IMG/VR virus record: IMGVR_UViG_3300028800_001035
Location: 8,464-72,463 of that record
DNA length: 64,000 bases
From: a virus
Direction: 5' to 3' (one strand)
The stretch's first letter is position 1. The number at the start of each line of letters is the position of its first letter. Both the position numbers and the translations under genes were made by a program. Shown here piece by piece: positions 45,523-54,472 of this stretch. The notes below the pieces were generated by a model. That model saw nothing but the letters and a program-made list of their open reading frames with translations, was not told the DNA's origin and made no database searches.

Positions 45523-45531
45523 AGTCTTCTC

Positions 45532-45939
45532 CTATACGGACTGATCCGAACCCCGGAGGGTCCGGAGTTCGTCGCGGGTCAATTCGTTCTCGAGCTTGCC
45601 CAAGGCTTCGGACCAAGGCGATTCCGGATCGCGCGACGTGTTCTCACGGGCTGCGCCCTCGTAGAGCCGGGCGTAGTACCACCGCGCGCTCTCGAGGGAG
45701 TGCTCCGGCATCTTCGAGCGCCGGAGATAGCGAAGAATGTTCGAGGCGGCGGCGACCGGGCCCCAACCGAGGCGGAGCATCGCGTCCCACGGTTGCTCGC
45801 CTTCGACCCCGTAGTGCGCCTTCCTCGGCTCCCGATCCCCCTGGTTCTCCCGGACCGGCGCGAGGGCAGGGGGTTGGGCCCGTCGCTCGCTCGCGAGCTT
45901 CTCGATTCCCTCGACGGTTTCGCGATCGACGTCGGTCAC
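45532..45939 (-). CDS. DUF3310 / SaV-like protein (putative nucleotide kinase family)
   Basis: HY....QPWD...SNILRYLRR.K....LESARWY pattern. Confidence 0.6.
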   Translation of the reverse strand: MTDVDRETVEGIEKLASERRAQPPALAPVRENQGDREPRKAHYGVEGEQPWDAMLRLGWGPVAAASNILRYLRRSKMPEHSLESARWYYARLYEGAARENTSRDPESPWSEALGKLENELTRDELRTLRGSDQSV

Positions 45940-46109
45940 GCCGCGACTCCTTCGAGCTTGTCGACCGCATCGCGTACGACTTCGGCGATCGAGATCAGGC
46001 GGCCCTCCCGGCGCGTTCGGCGCGCGGCTTCGAGCCGGAGCCGCTCGAGCTGGTCGGGGCGGAAGAGGACGTTGTAGTAGGTTGCGTTCTCGGCGAGCTT
46101 GGGCCTCAC
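45936..46109 (-). CDS. ribbon-helix-helix DNA-binding protein (57 aa)
   Basis: YNVLFRPDQLERL...SIAEVVRDAVD; overlaps at both ends; too short for the ORF track. Confidence 0.65.
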   Translation of the reverse strand: MRPKLAENATYYNVLFRPDQLERLRLEAARRTRREGRLISIAEVVRDAVDKLEGVAA

Positions 46110-46351
46110 TTGAACCTCCGGGGAAATTTCTCGAGCTTGAGCGGGCGCGTCCCTCGCGGGACGTAGCAGCGCTCGATTGAGACAACCCGTCCCATCGTTC
46201 CGACGAGCCCGGCGACCTCGAGCTCAATCATCGCCTTCGGAACGCGCGGCGCGTGCGCCTTGTAGAAATTGTCCGGGTCGAGGACCCTCTCGAAGAGCTT
46301 CCGCGCCGCCGGGGAGAGGCGGGCGATCTTGCGGTTGAGCGAAACGGTCAT
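46106..46351 (-). CDS. hypothetical protein
   Basis: ATGA overlap start. Confidence 0.5.
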   Translation of the reverse strand: MTVSLNRKIARLSPAARKLFERVLDPDNFYKAHAPRVPKAMIELEVAGLVGTMGRVVSIERCYVPRGTRPLKLEKFPRRFK

Positions 46352-46512
46352 GCGCGCCACGCGAAGAAGACCAGCGCGGCGACGACGGCGACGAGGACGG
46401 CGTCGAAGAGGAACGACGCCCGGCGCTCGTCCGGCGACATCTCGTCCCAGACGTCGGAGAAGGCGGGGTTGAAAGGACGCGGAACTTGCGGGACCCATGA
46501 AGGAATTTTCAT
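46348..46512 (-). CDS. 54-aa membrane protein
   Basis: Follows the leader motif; C-terminal transmembrane segment. Confidence 0.55.
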   Translation of the reverse strand: MKIPSWVPQVPRPFNPAFSDVWDEMSPDERRASFLFDAVLVAVVAALVFFAWRA

Positions 46513-46534
46513 TATCGTCTCCAGTTATAAAAAT

Positions 46535-46693
46535 GTCGCGGCGGGGAGTGGTCTCTTAGCCCTCTTGCGAAAGTCGATACGGTCTCGTTTGCGTAGGTTC
46601 GACCCCGCGTTGCGGGATGAACGGCTTTGCGACCGACGAACTTTCCTCCTCCGACTGCTTTCGCCGACCGATACGCAACGCGGTCGCCGCGAC
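46535..46693 (-). ncRNA. candidate structured RNA of unknown family
   Basis: Perfect 9-bp closing stem, perfect 10-bp inner stem, several GNRA-type loops, T-run downstream, promoter-like TTTACT upstream. Confidence 0.6.
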
Positions 46694-46730
46694 GATTCGA
46701 GTAAAGGGCATCGCGAAGGAGAAGTAAACA

Positions 46731-47315
46731 TCAATCTTCCCCGCAGCCGACGCCGATCGCGCCGCGATCCCGGCTCGAGACGAAGTCCTTCCAGAACTTC
46801 CAACCCTTCGGGCAATAGAAGCCCCAATCCCGTATGCGGAAGCCCATCAGGAAGAGGGAAACGGTTTCCGGTATGCTCCCGTCCGCCTCGCGCTTGAGGA
46901 CGATCCGATGCGCCGTCGCCGCCCGGCGGATCGTTACCGAGCCTTCCTTGCGAAATGTCTTGTACGTCGGGCGGAAGACCGCCTGCTCGCGTAGTTGCGA
47001 TATGCGGGTCTCGGACAAGGGAACGAAGAGGACTTCCCAGTAGCCGGTCTTGAGCGGGATCGAGACGCTCCCGAACGGATGATCGTGAAGCGCCCGATCG
47101 TCGTCGTCGTGAAGGAACCGATGAACGTAAACCGCCGGGAGCGCCCGGACGAACGCCTCCCATCGGTTCTTCGGGACGGAGCCCTTCTCGTAGTTCGACC
47201 ACGAACACAAATGCCACCGGAGCATATAGCGGTCGCCCGGCGGCCCGACCTCGAAGTCCGGAGACCGCGACGCCATTACGCGCTCGGCCCGTTTCAGTAA
47301 CGCCTCTCTGATCAT
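46731..47315 (-). CDS. cupin-like protein
   Basis: HRF...D...LHDHP...GYWE...HRI...LF..G...WGF. Confidence 0.6.
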   Translation of the reverse strand: MIREALLKRAERVMASRSPDFEVGPPGDRYMLRWHLCSWSNYEKGSVPKNRWEAFVRALPAVYVHRFLHDDDDRALHDHPFGSVSIPLKTGYWEVLFVPLSETRISQLREQAVFRPTYKTFRKEGSVTIRRAATAHRIVLKREADGSIPETVSLFLMGFRIRDWGFYCPKGWKFWKDFVSSRDRGAIGVGCGED

Positions 47316-47328
47316 CTTCTCTCCTCCC

Positions 47329-48813
47329 TTAAATCCGATACCCGTACTGCGTGCCCGGCGCGACGAGGATCAGCTTCTCCTTGCACCGCGTCGCGCCGAC
47401 GTAGAACACGCGATGCTCGCTATCCTCGTCGAGCTCCATCGCCCGGCTCGTCCGGTAGGTCATATCGGTGACGAGGACGACGCCCTCCGCCTCCGCGCCC
47501 TTGCTCCCGTGGATCGTCTCGATCCGGACCTTCGGCTCGTCGGTCAGCTTCCCGCCGCGCCGCATGATCGCGAGGTAATATTCGCGGGTCTCGAGGGGGA
47601 TCTCGGTCAAGGCGTCGTGCCATATCCGGCCGGCATCGTAGCCGAGCTCGGCGGCGGAGCGGCTCCCCTCGAACGGCTCGAACGCGATCCCGGCGGACTT
47701 GGCGAGGGCGTCGGCCTCCTCCCGGTCTATCTTCTTGCCGCCCCGGAGCGCCTCGTGGGCCTTGATCGCGCGGACGTCGGCCCAGCGGACGGACTTCTCG
47801 CCCTTGACCTCGTACGCAACCCCCTGCGCCCTTGCGGCGGCGGCGAGCGCGGGAAGTTGCGCCCTAGTCCTCGCCAACAAGAGCCAGCGCCCGTCCCCTC
47901 CGAGGCCCGCTCCGGAGAAGTCGACCTCGTCGGCGGCGGCAACCCAATCGACCGACCCTTCCCGGTTGGAGGGCCGCCAGTCGCGGGCGTACTTCTTGCC
48001 GATCCGCGCCCCGATCTCCGCCGCGAGCCGGAAGGGGGCTCGCGGTAGGCGATGCGACAGGGGGAGATTCTCGATCTCGAAGCCCTCGGCGCGGAGGCCG
48101 AGGAACTTCTCCTCGTCGGCCCCGGCCCAGTGGTGGATCATTTGCATATCGTCCCCGGCGACGAAAAGTTCCTCCGCGTTGGCGAAGAGGCGGTTCGCGA
48201 CGCGCCACTGCGCGCGGGAGAGGTCTTGCGCTTCGTCGACGATCGCGACGTCGACGTCGAGCGGGGGAAAGGAGGAGTCGGCGTAGCGCGTCAGCATATC
48301 CGTGAAGTCGAGGACGTCCTCGTCGTCCTTGTAGGCCTCGTAGGCGCGGTTGAAGCGGAGGAGCCGGAACCACTCGAGCTCGGAGCCGTGATCGCTCCAG
48401 GCGTCGGCGAGCGAGCGCCCGGTCGTCCGCGCGAAGTGGTCGAGCGTCAAGAGCGGATCGGCGGAGCGACCAGCGACCGGCGCGTCGGAGAAGGGGTTCG
48501 TCAAGGACGTCAGGAGCTCGCCGGTAATCTCGGAGACGCGGTCGAGGTGCTCGTCGCCGAGGACGCGGCCCCGCCCGAGGCCGAGCTCGCGGAAGGCGAA
48601 GGCGTGGATCGTCTTGAAGTTCGGGAGGTCGTCCGGGGTTAGGCCGAAGGCGTCGCAGGCCCGCTTGATCGCGAGCCGGATCGCCTCCTTCGTAAAGGAC
48701 GCGAAGGCGATCCGCGCGGGCGGGATGCCCGCCTCTAAGGCGAGCTCGACCTTGCGGAGGAGCTTCTCCGTCTTGCCAGCGCCGGGCCCGCCGAGGACGA
48801 GGACCTTCCTCAT
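47329..48813 (-). CDS. second UvrD/Rep-like SF1 helicase
   Basis: GGPGAGKT, SFT, KTIHA, VDEAQD, AGDDMQ, SHRLP, TIHGSKGAEA, FYVGATR. Confidence 0.92.
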   Translation of the reverse strand: MRKVLVLGGPGAGKTEKLLRKVELALEAGIPPARIAFASFTKEAIRLAIKRACDAFGLTPDDLPNFKTIHAFAFRELGLGRGRVLGDEHLDRVSEITGELLTSLTNPFSDAPVAGRSADPLLTLDHFARTTGRSLADAWSDHGSELEWFRLLRFNRAYEAYKDDEDVLDFTDMLTRYADSSFPPLDVDVAIVDEAQDLSRAQWRVANRLFANAEELFVAGDDMQMIHHWAGADEEKFLGLRAEGFEIENLPLSHRLPRAPFRLAAEIGARIGKKYARDWRPSNREGSVDWVAAADEVDFSGAGLGGDGRWLLLARTRAQLPALAAAARAQGVAYEVKGEKSVRWADVRAIKAHEALRGGKKIDREEADALAKSAGIAFEPFEGSRSAAELGYDAGRIWHDALTEIPLETREYYLAIMRRGGKLTDEPKVRIETIHGSKGAEAEGVVLVTDMTYRTSRAMELDEDSEHRVFYVGATRCKEKLILVAPGTQYGYRI

Positions 48814-49058
48814 CTCCCGACCTCGATCTTCCCCGGCTGCCAATAGGTCCGCGCGCCTATTCCCGGGCGGTCGAGAAACTCGCCGCGCTTGCCGGGCTTG
48901 TAGAGGTCGACGAGGACGAGGAAGCCGAACGTCTCGTCCGGGATCACGCGCTTGACCCGCCCCGCCCGACCGAAGCAAGGGTCGTCGCGGATGATCACGT
49001 CGCGCCCGACGAGGCGTTCGGCGGCGGCGAAGGTCGCCGCAAAGTCGGAAGCCATCAC
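48810..49058 (-). CDS. small SH3/KOW-like hypothetical protein
   Basis: Overlaps both neighbours. Confidence 0.5.
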   Translation of the reverse strand: MMASDFAATFAAAERLVGRDVIIRDDPCFGRAGRVKRVIPDETFGFLVLVDLYKPGKRGEFLDRPGIGARTYWQPGKIEVGR

Positions 49059-49546
49059 GGCGCGTCCGCCTTCTCAAGCTCGCCGGGGGCGCTCGCGAAG
49101 AAGTCGGCGGGAGAGTCGTAGCGGAGGCTCGCGACGATCTCGTCGAGCGCGACCTTGAGCGTCCCGCGCCGCTTCATCGCTCGACCGAACTGCCACTTCG
49201 AGTATCCCCGGTTCGTTCCGATAACGTAGATCGGCTTCCCGTGCGCGTCGGCGTAGCCCGCCTCGTAGAGCGCGCCCTTGAGGTCGTCGTCGCGCTCGGC
49301 GTAGACGAGGAAGACGTCGGCGCGACGTATGTCGGCCTTGTTATCCTCGAGCCAGTGCCGCGCGGGGCGGTTCATCTCGCTCGAAACGTCGGCGACGGCG
49401 GCCCAGCGGGAAGTCAGGTAGATGTTTGGGTAGGCGTCGCGGATCGCGAGGATCTTCTTCGCGTGGAGGAGCTTGCTCGCGGCATAGAGCGAGACGGACG
49501 CCCCCGGCGGTAGCGCCATACTCTGCGTCTTCATATCTCCGGTCAT
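49055..49546 (-). CDS. nucleoside 2-deoxyribosyltransferase / Rcl-like N-glycosidase
   Basis: LYAAS...DIRRADVFLV...GALYEAGYA.A.GKPIYVIG. Confidence 0.75.
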   Translation of the reverse strand: MTGDMKTQSMALPPGASVSLYAASKLLHAKKILAIRDAYPNIYLTSRWAAVADVSSEMNRPARHWLEDNKADIRRADVFLVYAERDDDLKGALYEAGYADAHGKPIYVIGTNRGYSKWQFGRAMKRRGTLKVALDEIVASLRYDSPADFFASAPGELEKADAP

Positions 49547-50391
49547 TGTTTTCCCTTTCCGAGGTTCTTGGTGAATAGTTCTTCGAGGCCCGCCGCGTAG
49601 GCGGCGATCAGGGTCGCTCCGGAGGAGAGCTTCCGCGACTCCGCCATTCCGAAGAGATATTTGATCCCGACGGTCTTGATCGCGCGGATCACGCCGATCG
49701 GGTCGGCGAGCCACGCCGGGTTGGCGGCGAGGACGGAGGTCGTCGCCGTCACGATCGGGGCGCGGAGGAGGCCCGGGTTGCCGCCGCCGGTATCGACGAC
49801 CGTCCGGAGCGCGAGTTCGAGGACCTCGGGCCCCCAGGACTTGAAGGCCTTCTCGAGCGCGCCGATCGCGAGGGTCTCGCCGGGGACCATCCCGGAGAGC
49901 GGCTTCGTCCCGCGCGGGATCGTCACGCCGACCTTCTCGAGGACGCGGCTCAAGCGGACGGCGACGGAATCCCCGGCCATGAGCCGCGCGTGCCAGATTT
50001 GCTGCTCGGCGATCGCGGTAACGGCCCCGTTGATCACGGAGAAGGCCTTCGCCTCGTCCGCCCGGTCCCCCCTGATAACGAGGCACGGGACCTTCTCGAT
50101 CCCGCCGTGGGTCCGCGCTGCGATCGCCCGGTGCTGCCCGTCGATTACGGCGTAGAGGCCGCCCTCGCGCGCGCAGACGACGAGCGGGGAGAAGAGGCTC
50201 CAGGAGAAGTTTTCGATCACCTGCCGGATGTTCTTCTCGCCCTTCGGCCCGATCGGTCGCTGATACTTCGGGTCGATCCGGAGGTCGCGGAGGTCGAGCC
50301 ACGCGAGCTCGCCGACGGCGTCGGTCGGAGCCGGGTTCGGGAAGGGCGGCGCGAAGGCGACCGCGTCGAGGGAGAGAAGTTCGTCGTTCAT
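49543..50391 (-). CDS. ParB/Srx-like N-terminal domain protein
   Basis: IDPKYQR and VIDGQHR motifs, EAKAF..IN. Confidence 0.75.
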   Translation of the reverse strand: MNDELLSLDAVAFAPPFPNPAPTDAVGELAWLDLRDLRIDPKYQRPIGPKGEKNIRQVIENFSWSLFSPLVVCAREGGLYAVIDGQHRAIAARTHGGIEKVPCLVIRGDRADEAKAFSVINGAVTAIAEQQIWHARLMAGDSVAVRLSRVLEKVGVTIPRGTKPLSGMVPGETLAIGALEKAFKSWGPEVLELALRTVVDTGGGNPGLLRAPIVTATTSVLAANPAWLADPIGVIRAIKTVGIKYLFGMAESRKLSSGATLIAAYAAGLEELFTKNLGKGKQ

Positions 50392-50744
50392 ATCGCCTCC
50401 GCGTTCGGGTCCGCCATATAGTAGCCGCGTCCCCAGGACGTCCCGATGTCGATCCCGAGCGGCTTGATTTTCTTCCGGAGCTTGCAGACGTATACGTCGA
50501 CTATCTTGATCTCCGGGACCTCTTCCTCGGTCCTCCGGAGTTGGTATAGGTGCTCGAGGATCGCCTCCTTCGGGACGATCCGCCCGGCCCTCTCGAAGAT
50601 GAACTCGAAGACCGCCATCTCCTGCGGGGTCAACGACCCGCAGCGCTTGCCGCCGTAGCGTATCTCCGCGCGGTCGCGGTCGAGGATTATTCCGCCGAAC
50701 TCGGGAAGCGCCGAACCGCAATGCTCGCAAACTCTCCCGCTCAT
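50388..50744 (-). CDS. receiver-less CtrA-like winged-helix regulator
   Basis: LEHLY...PEIKIVDVYVCKLRKK...TSWGRGY closely matches the CtrA DNA-binding domain; N-terminal CxxC. Confidence 0.8.
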   Translation of the reverse strand: MSGRVCEHCGSALPEFGGIILDRDRAEIRYGGKRCGSLTPQEMAVFEFIFERAGRIVPKEAILEHLYQLRRTEEEVPEIKIVDVYVCKLRKKIKPLGIDIGTSWGRGYYMADPNAEAI

Positions 50745-51160
50745 CCGTAGACCTCCCCTATCATCGACGCGACGGCGCGAGCGTGCGGGCCCGTCGCCTC
50801 GAACTGCTCGACGAGGATCGCGACGACCTTGCTCCGGCGCTCGAGCTCGCCGGGCGCGAGCTCCGGGCGCGTCGCGCGAACGGCGGAATAGCCGAGCCCG
50901 AAAACGGTCGTCGTCAGGACGACGCCGTAGTCCGCGAGCTTGAAACGGAGCCGCGAGGCGTAGACGCGGGAGGCGTTGAGCGGGTCCTCTTCGACCTTGC
51001 CGACGTCGCCGACGAGGTCCCGATGCCGCACCGGGCGACCCTCGGCGCGAAGTAGCGTCGCGACGAAGCGCGCCTCGGCGCGGGTCAGGCTCATTTCGAC
51101 CGGGGCGTGAAACCGCCTCGCGACCTCGTCGAACGACCATCCTCCCCACTCGATCATCAT
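50741..51160 (-). CDS. receiver-less OmpR/PhoB-type winged-helix protein
   Basis: LTRAE...RVYASRLRFKL...TVFGLGY. Confidence 0.7.
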   Translation of the reverse strand: MMIEWGGWSFDEVARRFHAPVEMSLTRAEARFVATLLRAEGRPVRHRDLVGDVGKVEEDPLNASRVYASRLRFKLADYGVVLTTTVFGLGYSAVRATRPELAPGELERRSKVVAILVEQFEATGPHARAVASMIGEVYG

Positions 51161-52752
51161 CACATCTCCACCGCCGCCGCGCCGCGCGGGACGGCGTGCT
51201 CTTCGGTCTGCTCGGGGAAGGCGGGAACCGACCAATAGTCGACCCGCTTGCCCTTGATGTCGGATGCGTGACTATCGACGCCGCGCTTGCGGAGCCAGCG
51301 CCAGGCGTCGCGGTCGTTGATCCCAGCGAAGCGGTGGGCGGTCAAGTAGGCGAAGAAGTCGGTCGAGCGGAAGTAGACGCGCTTCTTCGCGTGATCCGTA
51401 AAGGCCTTCCCGAGGATGATTTCTTCGAGGAGCCGCGCGCGGGCCCGGCCTGTGCAGAAGGCGGCGAGGTGCGCGAAGAACTGCCCCTCCCGCGTCCCGT
51501 CGTCGGGAACGACGATCGTCGTCGCGCTTGCGAGGAGGTCGCGGACGATCTTCTCCCAGGCGGACGGCTTGACGGGGTTGGGCCATTTGTTGAGGCGCTC
51601 GATCACGAAGGTCCGGAACTTGCGCTGATCCGTCAACGCGTCGGTCGTCACCTCGAGGAGCTCGCCGTCGACCTCGATCACCCAGACGGGCGGTTCGGTC
51701 AGGACTTTGGCGAGGGTCCCGAACTTGACGCCGGGGTCGAGCGGTTCGCCGCCAAGGCCGAAGTCGACCTTGGCGCAGGCGGTCTTGTTGCAGACGCCGG
51801 AGATCGGGCCGTCTTTGCATTTGTAGAAGTAGTTCTTCTTCTTGACCGACTTGACGACCGACCGTATATCCGCGCTCGGAACGCCGAGGCCGAGCCGGTC
51901 ATTGTAGTCGATCAGCGCGGCCTCGACGTCCTCCTCGCCGCGCTTCTTGAGGTATATCCCGATGTCGAAGAGGGAGTTGTTTCCCCAATCGCCCCAGCCG
52001 TTCGTCGCCCAGAGCGTCCGGAGGCACGGCGGAGCTCCGGGGAAGAGGTCCTCGCCCGGCGGCGGAAGATCGGGCGGCGTCGCGACCTCGATCTTCTCGA
52101 GCGTCTCCGGCGAGATCGCGCGGCGGCGAACCTCCTCTATGAACTCGTCGACCGAGAGCGCCTCGTCGTTCGGCCCGAGGGCGTAGCGGAGGCTCCGGTT
52201 GCCTCCGGCATACGGGATGTTGATCCAGGACCCGTCCGACTCCGGCGTAAGGACGTCCTGCTTCGGAAATATTTCGACGCCGGGATGGCCCAAGGCGATA
52301 GCCCAGGCGATCAGCTTCTCGCGGACGAGCGTCGCCCGCGCGGGCGAAGAGAGGAAGAGGTAGGCGTGCGCGCCGGAGGACTTGGTCCGGCAAACGATCA
52401 AAGGAAGGCCGAGCTCGGCGACCTTGGCTCTGAACTTCTCGATGGTTAGCGGATAGACGTCGACGTCGATTGCGCCGAAGACGGCGGTTCCGTCCTCGCG
52501 GATCGGGACGATCCCGAGCCCGACCGGGCCCGTAACGGGCTCGTCGGTCTTCTCGTCCTTGACGGTCGCGATCACCCCGGAGAGGTGATCTTCCCATTCC
52601 TTGAGGCCGACGGGGCGCTTCGACGTCCAGGGACGGCCGACGATCTTGCCGGTCTTCGGATCGGCGATCGCGCCGGTCGGAACGACGTAGCGCCCGCTCG
52701 ATCGCGCGAGCCCCGCAAATATCCGAGAAAATTCTTCCGCCCTTGATGACAA
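51160..52752 (-). CDS. AEP-superfamily primase
   Basis: GAIDVD, TKSSGAHAY, EIFPKQ, INIPY, PPC, Cys-rich PriL-like region. Confidence 0.8.
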   Translation of the reverse strand: MSSRAEEFSRIFAGLARSSGRYVVPTGAIADPKTGKIVGRPWTSKRPVGLKEWEDHLSGVIATVKDEKTDEPVTGPVGLGIVPIREDGTAVFGAIDVDVYPLTIEKFRAKVAELGLPLIVCRTKSSGAHAYLFLSSPARATLVREKLIAWAIALGHPGVEIFPKQDVLTPESDGSWINIPYAGGNRSLRYALGPNDEALSVDEFIEEVRRRAISPETLEKIEVATPPDLPPPGEDLFPGAPPCLRTLWATNGWGDWGNNSLFDIGIYLKKRGEEDVEAALIDYNDRLGLGVPSADIRSVVKSVKKKNYFYKCKDGPISGVCNKTACAKVDFGLGGEPLDPGVKFGTLAKVLTEPPVWVIEVDGELLEVTTDALTDQRKFRTFVIERLNKWPNPVKPSAWEKIVRDLLASATTIVVPDDGTREGQFFAHLAAFCTGRARARLLEEIILGKAFTDHAKKRVYFRSTDFFAYLTAHRFAGINDRDAWRWLRKRGVDSHASDIKGKRVDYWSVPAFPEQTEEHAVPRGAAAVEM

Positions 52753-52787
52753 TGCCCCGAGCCTTCAATCGACTTCTTCGTCTCGTT

Positions 52788-52829
52788 GAAAAACCCGGGC
52801 GGCGGAGCCCTTCTATCCGCCGCCCGGTT
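52788..52829 (-). terminator. rho-independent terminator after the SSB-like gene
   Basis: 12-bp stem ccgggcggcgga/tccgccgcccgg followed by GTTTTT on the - strand. Confidence 0.85.
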
Positions 52830-52839
52830 CAGGCGACGC

Positions 52840-53754
52840 TTACATCTCGACTTCGTTCTCGGCTGCGGGTTCCTCGACCAAACCGCCGGTGTAGTCGACC
52901 TCGGCCTTGCCCTCCTCGACAAACTTCGCGAACTCCTTCGCCATAGCGAAGAGCGGGTCGGACTTCTTGATGAACGACTTGACGGAGACGTCGTCCGAGC
53001 CGTCCTCCTTCTTCGCGAGGAGCCCGATCACGTAACCCTTGAACGCGCCCTTCTTGTTGCGCTCGTTGCCGGTGGTCAGGAGCCACTTGTGGGAATAGAG
53101 CGCGGGCTTGACCGGGACCTCCGAACCGGCGACGAGGTATTCGAAGCCGTCGGCGCGGTCGATGAACGTAGTGTATTTAGAAATTTGCGTCGACTGGAAC
53201 GGAACAATCGCGCGGAACTTCGATCCCGTCGCCGGGTCGATGAGGATCGAGTAGAGCTCGAAGCTCTCGACGATCTCCGTCCCGTCGAGCGGCTTGCCGT
53301 CCTTGTCCCGCTTGGTCACGCCGTTCGGGAGGCGGCCGAACTTGCCGAACTTGGCGCGGAGGTCCTTGATGAGCTTGTCGCCGGGCTGATGAAGGCCGAC
53401 GAAGCCCCCGCCGATCTCGCGCGGCGTATATTCGATGAACTTGTGATCCCGCGCGCACGCGATCATAATCAACGACGAGTAGAGCTGCTTCGACGCCGTG
53501 TTCATGAAGAGCCCGGCCTTGGCGTTCGGCATATACTTGGCGTTGCCCTCCTCGCACTCCGGAGAGTTCGATTGAAGGATGCGGAGGAAGGGAACCTTCC
53601 GCTCGTCGGCGGAGATGTTCTTGAGCCCAGCCCCCCTGTCCTCCTCGTCGATCTCGACGACCGCGAGCTGGGTATTGTTTGCCGCCGTCGGGAGCTGCTT
53701 GTCGGCTTCCGGGGCCGGAGCCTCGGGTTTCTTTTCTTCGGTCTTGGCGTTCAT
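52840..53754 (-). CDS. ssDNA-binding / annealing-like protein
   Basis: PFLRILQSNSP motif, acidic C-terminal tail, adjacent to the primase. Confidence 0.6.
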   Translation of the reverse strand: MNAKTEEKKPEAPAPEADKQLPTAANNTQLAVVEIDEEDRGAGLKNISADERKVPFLRILQSNSPECEEGNAKYMPNAKAGLFMNTASKQLYSSLIMIACARDHKFIEYTPREIGGGFVGLHQPGDKLIKDLRAKFGKFGRLPNGVTKRDKDGKPLDGTEIVESFELYSILIDPATGSKFRAIVPFQSTQISKYTTFIDRADGFEYLVAGSEVPVKPALYSHKWLLTTGNERNKKGAFKGYVIGLLAKKEDGSDDVSVKSFIKKSDPLFAMAKEFAKFVEEGKAEVDYTGGLVEEPAAENEVEM

Positions 53755-53815
53755 GTCGATATCCTTTTGGTCTTCGTTGAGCCGGTTCCTGGTTGCGTCG
53801 ACCGGCGGCGGCGCG

Positions 53816-54256
53816 TCATACCCTTTCGGGTATCTTGACCGCTCGCGTCGGCGAGCGGGAGAAGCAGGGGGTTTTGCGGTCTTCGACTTCGGCCTTGACC
53901 TCGGCCGCGCTGACGAGGCTCGTCGGTTTCCAGCCCTTGGTCGGACGGAGCTCGTACAAGCGCGCGGGAAGGACCGGGAGGCCGCGCCAATCTTTGCGCT
54001 GAACGACGAAGCGGCGGAGGGGCTTCCTCTCGTCGGCGATCATACCGGCGGCGATCTTGTCGCCCTCGGGATTGGCGCGGGCGGAAAGGACGCGGTCCGC
54101 GATGTTGCTGATCTCGCGCCAGACCGGCGGCATCTCGCCCTTGTAGTACTGCTCGACGCCGGGGAGGCCGATCTTCTCCCAGAACTCGGCGTGGTCGGTC
54201 ATCTTCGGGTTGTTCTTGAGGACCGCGCAGGCCGTTGCGACTAGCTTGTTGCCCAT
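53816..54256 (-). CDS. hypothetical protein
   Basis: RBS and tight packing. Confidence 0.55.
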   Translation of the reverse strand: MGNKLVATACAVLKNNPKMTDHAEFWEKIGLPGVEQYYKGEMPPVWREISNIADRVLSARANPEGDKIAAGMIADERKPLRRFVVQRKDWRGLPVLPARLYELRPTKGWKPTSLVSAAEVKAEVEDRKTPCFSRSPTRAVKIPERV

Positions 54257-54472
54257 CTAACTCTTCCTCTTCGTCGCGGTGAAATTGTTGACGACCTTCG
54301 GGTCGATCCGGCGGCGCGGGCCGACGCCGCGCTCGGCGCGGAGCCGGACGACCTCGGCGCAACCGAAGCGGGACTGCTCGACGAAGACCGCGTTGAAGAG
54401 CTTCGTGCGGGACTTCTTCCCTACCGCGACGACGCCGACCTCGTTGTAGATGTATTTTCCGTTCTTGCTCAT
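54257..54472 (-). CDS. basic hypothetical protein
   Basis: ATGA overlap start. Confidence 0.5.
   Translation of the reverse strand: MSKNGKYIYNEVGVVAVGKKSRTKLFNAVFVEQSRFGCAEVVRLRAERGVGPRRRIDPKVVNNFTATKRKS

Noticed and set aside
46620-46670. GAGGAAAGU and GCAAAGCC resembling RNase P or the c-di-GMP-I riboswitch
   Set aside because: The other conserved elements and spacing are missing; kept only as an unassigned structured RNA.
46525-46731. 68-codon Arg/Ser-rich ORF overlapping the RNA candidate
   Set aside because: Atypical composition and codon usage; the nested perfect stems explain the region better, though the ORF is not excluded.
49543-50391. ParB-like gene as a sign of a plasmid-prophage lifestyle
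   Set aside because: No ParA, parS array or clear HTH seen; the domain is common as a stand-alone in phages.
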